Assembly (NCBI GenBank): GCA_965248445.1
Contig: CBDFJG010000004.1
Span: 1,664,001-1,728,000 of the forward strand
From: Planctomycetota bacterium
GTDB taxonomy: Bacteria > Planctomycetota > JAJSAM01 > JAJVHW01
Length of the DNA stretch: 64,000 bases
Reading direction: 5' to 3'
Shown: positions 1 to 8,992 of the stretch, in pieces
How the letters are laid out: each line of letters begins with the position of its first letter
How positions within the stretch are numbered: position 1 is the stretch's first letter
Made by a program: the position numbers and the translations under genes
The notes under the pieces: generated by a model
Told to the model about the DNA's origin: nothing
The model's database searches: none
Seen by the model: the letters and a program-made list of their open reading frames with translations, nothing else

Positions 1-1085
1 CGCGCCGAAGAGCGCGTCTTTGCCCGCGGTGCGTGAGAGCACGACGCGGTCGCCCGGATCGGCGACGCACACCACCGTCGCATGCGGCGGGCGCAGCGCG
101 GGCGCCGACCACAACGCGAGCTCGTCTTTCTCGGTGACCGCCACGCCGACAACCACGCACGGCACCATCGGCGGCTTGCAGCCGCCGATGGCGTCGCCCA
201 GCGCGAAGCGCGCTTCGACCTGATCGAATGTCGGCAGCGCGAAGCCCTCGTCGAAGACTGGCTCCGCGGACTGCGCGCCGCGGAGCGCGTCGATGGCCGC
301 CTCGAACAGCGGTCGGTCGCCGCGGAAGCCCTCACCGTCCGCCGTCGCGAGAAACCGTTCGAGTCCCTCCGGTCCAGGCGTGAGTTCGCGCACGCCGCCT
401 GCGGCGGCCGGCACGCCAGCCGTCGCGTCGGTTACGAGTTCACGCAGCCGGTCGAATGGTTCTCCCGCGGGGAGCCGCGCTGCCCTGCCGCGCAGCCTCG
501 ACGCCACGCTGTGACGGAGCGAACGGTGCTCGTCGTCACCCACGATGCGCGTGCCGGGCGCGAGGGTTTGAAGCGCGCGATACTCGATCGCCACGAACGC
601 GGCGCGACGCAGTGCGTCTCGCTGCATCGCGGCATCGTCGACTTCGGCCTGCTTACGCCCATGGCTCCATTCGATCCACTGCTGGATCACTCCCTGCGGG
701 TCGACCAGCGCGCTGGCGTGTTCTCCACGAAACGACGGCTTGAGATCGGCTACGCGGATGAGCTCGATCACGAGTTGCCTGCCGTCGCGGTCATATCGCC
801 AGACTCGTGGGCCGGGTGCGAGCTCGATCGCCTGCGGCTCGCGCTCATCGTCCAAGAGCCGATGCGCCGGCGGGATCACGTGGTCGGCCAACGGGCCAAC
901 GCCGGGAGCGCTGCGGCGATGGCGTCCAGACCGTCCCAGGTGGTGGCGATGAGGAGGTGTACCTCGTCAGCCACCGCAGTGGGGCGCGTACGCATGCGCG
1001 CGACGCCCGATACCCGCGGATCACCAGCCAGATGATCGAGCAGCGGACGCAGCGCCTCGTCCGAGAACGGTGCGTCCGCGCTCAT
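1..1085 (-). pseudogene. Hypothetical protein with one frameshift near 890; runs off the left edge
   Basis: ORF 1085->876 (MSADAPFSDEAL...ALPAL) continues in another frame from ~890 (LADHVIPPAHRLL...MQRDALRRAAF...GKDALFGA) with no stop down to position 1. Real frameshift or sequencing error. Confidence 0.55.
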
Positions 1086-1089
1086 GCGA

Positions 1090-2025
1090 CTAACGGCGGC
1101 GGCGACGTGGAGTGTTGCGCCGCGTCCGAGTCGGCTGCCGCGCAGGCGCCGTCAGCGTGTTGCCCTGTGGCTGCTGCTGCTTCGCCTTCGGCGGCGACTT
1201 CGGGATCGGCGGCAAGCGGTAGTTCTGCGCCTTCTGCGAGCGCTCGTACGTCTGCATTGCCTCGGGCATCCACTGCTGCATGTTGGCGATGCGATTCAGC
1301 GGGTCGGGGTGCGTGGAGAGGATCTGTGGCGGGCGCTTGCCCTCGCTCTCCCGCGCCATGTTCTCCCACACGCGCACCGCGGCGCGCGGGTCGTAGCCGG
1401 CGCGGGCGGCGAGCATGAGGCCCAGCCGGTCCGCCTCGGTCTCGTTCGAGCGGGAGAACGGCAGAAGGAACCCGACCTGCGTCCCGAGGCCGAGTGCGGC
1501 CATCGTGTAATTCGCGTACTGGCCGCCCTGCGTGAGCGCCGACGCGATCTGCATGCCCACGTTCGCAGCCATGCCCTGGCTCACGCGCTCGCCACCGTGG
1601 CGCAACAGCGCGTGGCAGACCTCGTGGCCCATCACCATCGCCATCCCCGCCTCGTCCTCGAGCACCGGGTAGATGCCGGTGTAGAAGCCGATCTTGCCGC
1701 CGGGGAGGCACCATGCGTTCACCGACTCGCTGTCGTCGATGACGCGGAACTCCCACTCGTAGGGCCCCTGGCCCTCTTCCGCGCGCATCTGGTCGGCGAT
1801 GGCCGCGATCCGCGCGCCCACCCGCCGCACGGGTGCGTTCAGAGTCGCGTCGCCGGTGACGCGCTCCTGCGACGTGACCTGGCTGAACGCCTCCGCGCCG
1901 AGACGCAGCTCGTCGCTCTCGCTGATCAGCAGGAACTGGCTGCGATTGGTGTAGGGGTTCGTCTTGCAGGCCGCGAGCGGCAGCGCCAGCGTGGCGGCGA
2001 GAACGAGAGTGGCGAGATGTCGCAT
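1090..2025 (-). CDS. M48-family zinc metallopeptidase, lipoprotein
   Basis: ATG 2025 preceded by GGAGG. Lipobox LAAC, NAWCLPGG motif, HEVCH zinc motif, FSRSNETEAD and STHP motifs. Confidence 0.92.
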   Translation of the reverse strand: MRHLATLVLAATLALPLAACKTNPYTNRSQFLLISESDELRLGAEAFSQVTSQERVTGDATLNAPVRRVGARIAAIADQMRAEEGQGPYEWEFRVIDDSESVNAWCLPGGKIGFYTGIYPVLEDEAGMAMVMGHEVCHALLRHGGERVSQGMAANVGMQIASALTQGGQYANYTMAALGLGTQVGFLLPFSRSNETEADRLGLMLAARAGYDPRAAVRVWENMARESEGKRPPQILSTHPDPLNRIANMQQWMPEAMQTYERSQKAQNYRLPPIPKSPPKAKQQQPQGNTLTAPARQPTRTRRNTPRRRRR

Positions 2026-2153
2026 GAGGGACCTCCAGGGCTGGTCGACCCCGCCAGGCCGATGAACCACACATGCTATCCGCCTCCCCGCGTTCGAGCC
2101 TCGCAGTGGGCGACCGGCCCCGGAACTGCAGTGTCGAGGTGTTCGAACTTCGC

Positions 2154-2176
2154 GTGGTAGGCGAGCTGGGACTCGA
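2154..2176 (-). repeat. 23-bp direct repeat of the tRNA-Leu 3' end
   Basis: gtggtaggcgagctgggactcga at 2154-2176 is identical to 2254-2276, exactly 100 bp apart. Confidence 0.9.
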
Positions 2177-2254
2177 CACGAAGCGCTGAAGGCGCGTAGG
2201 GCGACGTCGTTCGAGAAGCAGTTCCGAAGAGGGCCAGGACTCACGAACTGCCAG

Positions 2255-2343
2255 TGGTAGGCGAGCTGGGACTCGAACCCAGATACCGCTTGCGCGGCGG
2301 GGGATTTTAAGTCCCCTGCGTATGCCAATTCCGCCACTCGCCC
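2255..2343 (-). tRNA. tRNA-Leu (anticodon UAA)
   Basis: Reverse complement GGGCGAGTGGCGGAATTGGCATACGCAGGGGACTTAAAATCCCC...GGGTTCGAGTCCCAGCTCGCCTACCA shows D-loop, TAA anticodon, long variable arm, TTCGA loop and encoded CCA. Confidence 0.96.
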
Positions 2344-2505
2344 ACGTGTTGTCAGCCAAGGACTTACGGCGTTCGTCAGGTGCACCCGCGGGCGCGCGGG
2401 CGCGCGGCTACTTCCCTGGGTACTTATCGCCCTCGATCTCGGCACGCAGCGGTGCAGAGGCTATCCGTGCCACCGGGCGAGTCCGAGTCCGTTCGCCCCT
2501 CAGTC

Positions 2506-2874
2506 CTAGCGGGGAGCGATCACCCCGAGGGAGGAGTCGCGGGCGAGAATGCGTTGACGCGTGCCGCCATCGCCCGTCCGCGACACCGTGTGCTCGATGC
2601 GGCAGTCTGTCTTCTGGAGCCGAAACGCGATCATCAAGTTCGCTTGAAGGTCGGTACTCTTCCGAATGCGCGACTGTAGCTCGCGAAGCGTCTCGTTCTC
2701 TGACTCACGCCCGTCTTGACCGAAGGGGGACTCAGGCCTGCCGAGTGCGAAGTCACAGTTCCAACGCCACTCCGGCCACGCCACCATCGCCACCAGGGCG
2801 ACCACCAGCACCGCACGAAGCGGCACGCTGACGATGCGACGACTCCATCTCCTCGGCCTACGCGGTGGCTGCAT
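2506..2874 (-). CDS. Small single-TM hypothetical protein (MQPPRRPRRW... paralogue 1)
   Basis: 122 aa with basic N-terminus and hydrophobic segment. TAGACT lies 6 nt before the ATG. A paralogue starts at 4754. Confidence 0.7.
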   Translation of the reverse strand: MQPPRRPRRWSRRIVSVPLRAVLVVALVAMVAWPEWRWNCDFALGRPESPFGQDGRESENETLRELQSRIRKSTDLQANLMIAFRLQKTDCRIEHTVSRTGDGGTRQRILARDSSLGVIAPR

Positions 2875-2919
2875 GGGGACAGTCTACGCGGCTCGACATT
2901 CCCGCAGCGGAGCGGCCCC

Positions 2920-3066
2920 TCAGTCCCCGCCGGGCAGGATCACGTCGAAGGACGAGTGGCGCTCGACGTCGGCCCCGGCCACCCACTTCGGGCGATAAGT
3001 ACGTGTCCAGAGAATCGAGATGGAACTCCCGAAGTGCGGCTTCGGGTTCGTCCTGGGCGGTGGCGG
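2920..3066 (-). pseudogene. 3' half of MQPPRR paralogue 2, cut by IS3
   Basis: PPRTNPKPHFG...RHSSFDVILPGGD*. Its end region resembles that of paralogue 1 (both contain GACTGAGGGGC). Joins in frame with 4754-4896. Confidence 0.7.
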
Positions 3067-3139
3067 CCCCTCTGTGCCAACGTGGCTGAGACACCGACCC
3101 CACGGATGATTACTGTGCAGGGCGGTGGAGGAACCAGCG

Positions 3140-3643
3140 ATGACGAACAACCACAACACAGCGCCGGGGGAGATCCCGGAGCCGAGGGAGGGCGAGCATA
3201 GCGAGCGCGATCGAGGCGGAGGGGGCTCCCCCGGGGCGCGCGGCCCGGGGGACGTTGGGGTGCGCGACCCCGAGGTCGTGCCGCGCGCCTCGCGGCGGCG
3301 CTTTGGCGCCGCGTACAAGCTACGGATCATCGAGGCGGCGGACGCGTGCACGAAGCCCGGCGAGATCGGCGCTCTCTTGCGCCGTGAGGGGCTGTACTCC
3401 TCGCACTTGTTGACGTGGCGGCGCGCGCGGGACCAGGGCCAGCTCGAGGCGCTCTCGCCCAAGCGGCGTGGTCCCAAGCCCGATCCGGACCGTGCGCTCA
3501 AGAAGCGCAACGAGCAGCTCGAGCGCGAAGTCGCCCGTCTCGAGAAGCGGCTCGAGACGGCCGAGGTGATCATCGACGTGCAGCGAAAAGTCTCACGGCT
3601 GCTGGGCATCGAGATGCCCGAGACGAGCGGGAGCGACACGTGA
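3140..3643 (+). CDS. IS3-family transposase OrfA (HTH + leucine zipper)
   Basis: RRRFGAAYKLRII...LLRREGLYSSHLLTWRR and a coiled coil. GGAGG before ATG 3140. Confidence 0.9.
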   Translation: MTNNHNTAPGEIPEPREGEHSERDRGGGGSPGARGPGDVGVRDPEVVPRASRRRFGAAYKLRIIEAADACTKPGEIGALLRREGLYSSHLLTWRRARDQGQLEALSPKRRGPKPDPDRALKKRNEQLEREVARLEKRLETAEVIIDVQRKVSRLLGIEMPETSGSDT

Positions 3644-4668
3644 TTGCGGCGGAGGAGCTGGGGGGACGCGTGGGCGTCGCCCCCGCGTGCCGCGCGCTCG
3701 GAGTCACGCGCGCCACGCTCTATCGGCGCCGAACGGCACGCACGTGCCCCCGGCCCCAGCAGCCGCGCCGGCGCTCGCCGCGCGCCCTCACGATCGACGA
3801 GCGTCTTACCGTACTCGCGGTGCTGAGCGAGGAGCGCTTCTGCGATCTGTCACCGCTTGCGGCGTGGGCGATCCTGCTCGACGAGGGACGCTACCTGTGC
3901 TCGGTGCGCACGATGTACCGCATCCTCGGTGCGGCTGGTGCTGTGCGTGAGCGCCGCAACCAGCTGCGTCATCCCGCGTACAAGAAGCCCGAGCTCCTCG
4001 CGACCTCCCCGAACCAGGTCTGGAGCTGGGACATCACCAAGCTCCGCGGCCCGGTGAAGTGGAGCTACTTCTATCTCTACGTCGTGCTCGACATCTACTC
4101 CCGCAACGTCGTGGGCTGGATGCTGGCGGACTGCGAGAGCGGTGCGCTGGCGACGGCACTCATCGAGCAGTCCTGCGAGAAGCAGGGGATCGCGGCGGAG
4201 CAGCTCACGATCCACTCCGATCGGGGGCCGCCGATGATCAGCAAGCCGGTGGCCTTTCTGCTCGCCGATCTCGGCGTGACGAAGTCGCACAGCCGGCCGT
4301 ACACGTCGAATGACAATCCGTTTTCCGAGAGCCAATTCCGCACGCTGAAGTACCGGCCGGACTTCCCAGCGCGCTTCGGCTGCATCGAGGACGCGCGGGC
4401 GCACTGCCGCGCCTTTTTCCACTGGTACAACCGCGAGCATCGTCACTCGAGTCTCGGGCTGCTGACGCCCGAGACCGTGCACTACGGCCGCGCCGAAGCG
4501 GCCGTCGCCGCGCGCTCGGTCGTGCTCGATGCCGCGTACGCGGCGCATCCCGAGCGCTTCGTGCGCCGTGCGCCGACGCCGCCGGCTCTGCCGACCGAGA
4601 CGTGGATCAACCCGCCGGCCCGGGAACTCGCGGCGCTGGAGACTGCGACACAGGAGGCTGCTCACTAA
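3640..4668 (+). CDS. IS3-family transposase OrfB (DDE integrase core)
   Basis: PNQVWSWDIT, LDIYSR, HSDRG, SNDNPFSESQFRTLKY, YNREHRHSSL. GTG overlaps the orfA stop (GTGA). Confidence 0.93.
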   Translation: MIAAEELGGRVGVAPACRALGVTRATLYRRRTARTCPRPQQPRRRSPRALTIDERLTVLAVLSEERFCDLSPLAAWAILLDEGRYLCSVRTMYRILGAAGAVRERRNQLRHPAYKKPELLATSPNQVWSWDITKLRGPVKWSYFYLYVVLDIYSRNVVGWMLADCESGALATALIEQSCEKQGIAAEQLTIHSDRGPPMISKPVAFLLADLGVTKSHSRPYTSNDNPFSESQFRTLKYRPDFPARFGCIEDARAHCRAFFHWYNREHRHSSLGLLTPETVHYGRAEAAVAARSVVLDAAYAAHPERFVRRAPTPPALPTETWINPPARELAALETATQEAAH

Positions 4669-4753
4669 ACTCGAAGACGCGGTGTCTCAAAGTCGTTGAC
4701 ACGTCCCGGTCGCCCGTCCCGGCGGGGTGCGACGTTCCGCTTACAGTGTCGCC

Positions 4754-4896
4754 ATGCAGCCACCCCGCCGCCCGCGCCGCTGGAGCCCTCGCGCGTTCGG
4801 TGTCGTCGTCCGCGTGGTGCTGATCGTCGCCCTCGTGGCGATGGTGGCGTGGCCGGAGGTTCACTACTTCCTGGGCCCCCGCGTGTCTCGACCGCC
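4754..4896 (+). pseudogene. 5' half of MQPPRR paralogue 2 in the inverted spacer
   Basis: MQPPRRPRRWSPRAFGVVVRVVLIVALVAMVAWPE closely matches the N-terminus of 2874. TACAGT lies 6 nt before the ATG. Ends at IS copy B. Confidence 0.8.
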
Positions 4897-4936
4897 CGGG
4901 ACGTGTCAACGACTTTGAGACACCGCGTCTTCGAGT

Positions 4937-5965
4937 TTAGTGAGCAGCCTCCTGTGTCGCAGTCTCCAGCGCCGCGAGTTCCCGGGCCGGCGGGTTGATC
5001 CACGTCTCGGTCGGCAGAGCCGGCGGCGTCGGCGCACGGCGCACGAAGCGCTCGGGATGCGCCGCGTACGCGGCATCGAGCACGACCGAGCGCGCGGCGA
5101 CGGCCGCTTCGGCGCGGCCGTAGTGCACGGTCTCGGGCGTCAGCAGCCCGAGACTCGAGTGACGATGCTCGCGGTTGTACCAGTGGAAAAAGGCGCGGCA
5201 GTGCGCCCGCGCGTCCTCGATGCAGCCGAAGCGCGCTGGGAAGTCCGGCCGGTACTTCAGCGTGCGGAATTGGCTCTCGGAAAACGGATTGTCATTCGAC
5301 GTGTACGGCCGGCTGTGCGACTTCGTCACGCCGAGATCGGCGAGCAGAAAGGCCACCGGCTTGCTGATCATCGGCGGCCCCCGATCGGAGTGGATCGTGA
5401 GCTGCTCCGCCGCGATCCCCTGCTTCTCGCAGGACTGCTCGATGAGTGCCGTCGCCAGCGCACCGCTCTCGCAGTCCGCCAGCATCCAGCCCACGACGTT
5501 GCGGGAGTAGATGTCGAGCACGACGTAGAGATAGAAGTAGCTCCACTTCACCGGGCCGCGGAGCTTGGTGATGTCCCAGCTCCAGACCTGGTTCGGGGAG
5601 GTCGCGAGGAGCTCGGGCTTCTTGTACGCGGGATGACGCAGCTGGTTGCGGCGCTCACGCACAGCACCAGCCGCACCGAGGATGCGGTACATCGTGCGCA
5701 CCGAGCACAGGTAGCGTCCCTCGTCGAGCAGGATCGCCCACGCCGCAAGCGGTGACAGATCGCAGAAGCGCTCCTCGCTCAGCACCGCGAGTACGGTAAG
5801 ACGCTCGTCGATCGTGAGGGCGCGCGGCGAGCGCCGGCGCGGCTGCTGGGGCCGGGGGCACGTGCGTGCCGTTCGGCGCCGATAGAGCGTGGCGCGCGTG
5901 ACTCCGAGCGCGCGGCACGCGGGGGCGACGCCCACGCGTCCCCCCAGCTCCTCCGCCGCAATCAC
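4937..5965 (-). CDS. IS3-family transposase OrfB
   Basis: Same translation as 3640-4668. Confidence 0.93.
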   Translation of the reverse strand: MIAAEELGGRVGVAPACRALGVTRATLYRRRTARTCPRPQQPRRRSPRALTIDERLTVLAVLSEERFCDLSPLAAWAILLDEGRYLCSVRTMYRILGAAGAVRERRNQLRHPAYKKPELLATSPNQVWSWDITKLRGPVKWSYFYLYVVLDIYSRNVVGWMLADCESGALATALIEQSCEKQGIAAEQLTIHSDRGPPMISKPVAFLLADLGVTKSHSRPYTSNDNPFSESQFRTLKYRPDFPARFGCIEDARAHCRAFFHWYNREHRHSSLGLLTPETVHYGRAEAAVAARSVVLDAAYAAHPERFVRRAPTPPALPTETWINPPARELAALETATQEAAH

Positions 5966-6465
5966 GTGTCGCTCCCGCTCGTCTCGGGCATCTCGATGCC
6001 CAGCAGCCGTGAGACTTTTCGCTGCACGTCGATGATCACCTCGGCCGTCTCGAGCCGCTTCTCGAGACGGGCGACTTCGCGCTCGAGCTGCTCGTTGCGC
6101 TTCTTGAGCGCACGGTCCGGATCGGGCTTGGGACCACGCCGCTTGGGCGAGAGCGCCTCGAGCTGGCCCTGGTCCCGCGCGCGCCGCCACGTCAACAAGT
6201 GCGAGGAGTACAGCCCCTCACGGCGCAAGAGAGCGCCGATCTCGCCGGGCTTCGTGCACGCGTCCGCCGCCTCGATGATCCGTAGCTTGTACGCGGCGCC
6301 AAAGCGCCGCCGCGAGGCGCGCGGCACGACCTCGGGGTCGCGCACCCCAACGTCCCCCGGGCCGCGCGCCCCGGGGGAGCCCCCTCCGCCTCGATCGCGC
6401 TCGCTATGCTCGCCCTCCCTCGGCTCCGGGATCTCCCCCGGCGCTGTGTTGTGGTTGTTCGTCAT
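5962..6465 (-). CDS. IS3-family transposase OrfA
   Basis: Same translation as 3140-3643. Confidence 0.9.
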   Translation of the reverse strand: MTNNHNTAPGEIPEPREGEHSERDRGGGGSPGARGPGDVGVRDPEVVPRASRRRFGAAYKLRIIEAADACTKPGEIGALLRREGLYSSHLLTWRRARDQGQLEALSPKRRGPKPDPDRALKKRNEQLEREVARLEKRLETAEVIIDVQRKVSRLLGIEMPETSGSDT

Positions 6466-6539
6466 CGCTGGTTCCTCCACCGCCCTGCACAGTAATCATC
6501 CGTGGGGTCGGTGTCTCAGCCACGTTGGCACAGAGGGGC

Positions 6540-7246
6540 GGTCTGTGAGCACGCCACGGTCCATCGTATCGATCGGCGCAGGAGCGCCAAGGCCATGCGG
6601 CGACTCGTGGGCAAGCGCTTCAGGGGCGTCCTCGTGACCGACCGTATGGGCGCTTACGACCAGCATCCCACCGAGCGCCGCCAGATCTGCTGGGCGCATC
6701 TCGAGAGGGACTTTCGAGCGCTGGCCGAGGGCTCGCGCGGCGGCCGGCGCTTCGGCAAGCAGGCCGTGCGTCTCGCCCAGGCTGTCATGCGAGCTCAGCG
6801 TCACTTCGGCGAGCACGGGGACCGCGACCGCATGCGGCGTGAGCTGCGTCTCACATGGGACCGACTCCTGACGCTGCTCGTGCGCGGCGCAGACAGCAAG
6901 CACCGCCGAGTACGCGGAACGACTCGGCATCTGCTCGACCGAGCGGAGGCTCTGTGGACCTTCGCCGACGTCCCTGGCGTCTCCCCGACGAACAACGCCG
7001 CTGAGCGCGCGGTGCGCAAGCCGGTCCTGTGGAGACGCGCAACGCACGGAAGTCAGAGCGAGCGCGGACTCCGCTTCGTCGAGCGCATCCTGACCGTCAC
7101 CGCCACGCTCCGCCAGCGTGGCGAGAGCGTCTTCGATTACCTCGCAGACGTCAGCGCGGCACTCGCGCACAACCGCTCGCCGCCGGCTCTCGTCGCGCTC
7201 CCGATCACGCGCTGAGGCCGCGGATCGTCATACCCTGAACGGGTAC
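6540..7246 (+). mobile_element. IS66-family remnant: 5'-truncated TnpC (stop 7215) plus right end
   Basis: GVLVTDRMGAY, QICWAHLERDF and PTNNAAERAVRKPVLWRR motifs. Terminal ...CTGAACGGGTAC at 7235-7246. N-terminus lost at the IS3 boundary. Confidence 0.88.
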
Positions 7247-7319
7247 CTACAACCGTCCAGCGCGAGATTGTGCTCTTCGGCTGTGCCATGCATACTCCCG
7301 CTGCTTCGTTCGTATCTAG

Positions 7320-8988
7320 CCCGAATCGTTCACCAGCCGGGAATCTGAGCGGGCCGTCGTCTGTCTAAGTGCTCGTACTCGCTAGTACTTGCACCGACAG
7401 GAGCGCCGGCCCGATGACGACAGACTGTAGCCCGCAGGGGACCCTCTTCGCGGGCATCTGTGGACGCACCGCGGTGACGCGCTTCGACGCCGGTACCGTG
7501 ACGAGCGACGGGGGCGTGCTGCTGCTCGAGCGGGTCGATCGTCGCATCGATCTGCTCTCGCGGTTTGCGCGCTGCTTCGGGGACCACCGGGACCCGCGTC
7601 GGGTCGAGCACACGGTCGGCCAGATGCTGCGTCAGCGGGTCTTCGGGCTGTGCGCGGGCTACGAGGATCTGGTGGACCACGACCATGTCGGCAAGGACCC
7701 GCTGTTTGCCGCGGCGTGCGGCAAGCGCGAGGGTGCTCTGGCCACGCACCCGACGCTCTCGCGGCTCGAGACCACGCAGCTCGGCGCCACGGCACAGACG
7801 CGCTACGCCAAGATCGAGATGGACCAGGAGCGCGTGGACAGCGTGCTCAGCGACGTCTTCTGCGAGGCCATGGGGCCGGAGGATCCGGGCCTGCTCGTGC
7901 TGGACCTGGACCACTCCGACGTGCGGCTGCACGGCCGGCAGGAGGGCCGCTTCTTCCACGGCTACTACGGGCACTACTGCTACCTGCCGCTGTACGTCTT
8001 CTGCGGCGAGCACCTCTTGCTCGCTCGGCTCCAGACCGCTGACAGAGATCCCGCGCGCGGAGTCGTGGACGAGCTCCGTGCGCTGGTCTTACGTCTGCGG
8101 CGCCGCTGGCCCCGGGCCAAGGTGCTCGTGCGCGCAGACTCGGGCTTTTGCCGCGAGGAGCTGATGGCCTGGTGCGAGGCCGCCGGCCACTTCTACCTGC
8201 TGGGCATGGCGCGCAATGAGCGCCTTGAGCGACACGTCGAAGACGCGCTCGATGAGGCCGCAGCTCGTGCCGTGCAGACCGGCCGAGCAGCCCGGGTCTT
8301 TCGCGACTTTGCCTGGACCACGCTGGGGAGCTGGAGCCAGAGGCGTCGCGTGGTCGCCAAGGCCGAGCACCTGCCGGGCGGCAAGCGCAATCCCCGCTTC
8401 GTGGTGACCAATCTGCCGCCTCGTAGCTGGAGCAGCAAGCGTCTCTACGAGCAGCTCTACTGCGCCCGGGGCGAGGCGGAGAATCGCATCAAGGAGCAGC
8501 AGCTCGAGCTCTTCGGCACCCGTCTGTCGGTGCACACGATGCAGGGCAACGCCGTGCGGATGGCCATGTCGGCCATGGCCTACGTCCTGACCTGTGCGCT
8601 GCGACGCATCGGTCTCGCCGGCACCGAGATGGCGCGTGCGCAAGCCGGCACGATCCGCCTGCGGCTGCTCAAGATCGGCGCGCTCGTGCGGATCACGACG
8701 CGCCGGATCTGGGTCTCGATGTCCTCGTCGTGGCCCTGGCAGCACGTCTTCGAGCGCTGCGCGCAACGACTGCTGGCATCCCCGAAGCCGACCTGACGTC
8801 CCGCCGCGCCGTCCGCCACACCACCGCCCGGCCTACGGTCTGCCCACACCGCAGAATCCGCGCCGTTTCGGCCGCTCACTCGCGTTGCCCTTGTGGCAAC
8901 GACGACAGCATCCGCCCTCGCCTGGCCAAGATCTGACCCTGTGGACTCCGAAAGCACCGTCATCGCGACGTCTCGTGAACAGATGCGG
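7320..8988 (+). mobile_element. IS1380-family insertion sequence (1669 bp)
   Basis: Ends cccgaatcgttcac / gtgaacagatgcgg. Flanks CTAG (7316-7319) and CTAA (8989-8992). Single transposase. Confidence 0.9.
7414..8796 (+). CDS. IS1380-family transposase
   Basis: FDAGTVTSDGG, LDLDHSDVRLHGRQEG, YCYLPLY, VRADSGF, YCARGEAENRIKE. Confidence 0.95.
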   Translation: MTTDCSPQGTLFAGICGRTAVTRFDAGTVTSDGGVLLLERVDRRIDLLSRFARCFGDHRDPRRVEHTVGQMLRQRVFGLCAGYEDLVDHDHVGKDPLFAAACGKREGALATHPTLSRLETTQLGATAQTRYAKIEMDQERVDSVLSDVFCEAMGPEDPGLLVLDLDHSDVRLHGRQEGRFFHGYYGHYCYLPLYVFCGEHLLLARLQTADRDPARGVVDELRALVLRLRRRWPRAKVLVRADSGFCREELMAWCEAAGHFYLLGMARNERLERHVEDALDEAAARAVQTGRAARVFRDFAWTTLGSWSQRRRVVAKAEHLPGGKRNPRFVVTNLPPRSWSSKRLYEQLYCARGEAENRIKEQQLELFGTRLSVHTMQGNAVRMAMSAMAYVLTCALRRIGLAGTEMARAQAGTIRLRLLKIGALVRITTRRIWVSMSSSWPWQHVFERCAQRLLASPKPT

Positions 8989-8992
8989 CTAA

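Larger units (their letters stand above)
3067..4709 (+). mobile_element. IS3-family insertion sequence, copy A (~1.64 kb)
   Basis: Imperfect IRs tgccaacgtggctgagacaccg (3075-3096) and tgtcaacgactttgagacaccg (reverse complement, ending 4701). orfA/orfB. Inverted copy at 4896-6538 with identical ORF translations. Confidence 0.93.
4896..6538 (-). mobile_element. IS3-family insertion sequence, copy B (inverted)
   Basis: Reverse complement of 3067-4709; the mirrored ORF translations are identical. Confidence 0.93.

Noticed and set aside
2255..2343. bldA-like regulatory role of tRNA-Leu(UAA)
   Set aside because: TTA is rare in GC-rich genes (one noted in the IS1380 transposase near 8088), but nothing here supports regulation.
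2506..4896. Integron cassette array
   Set aside because: No integron integrase and no attC-like RYYYAAC...GTTRRRY hairpins seen.
3067..6538. Fold-back read or assembly artefact
   Set aside because: Arms stop at IS ends, spacer and outer flanks are unique, and a target duplication plus an intact gene can be reconstructed.
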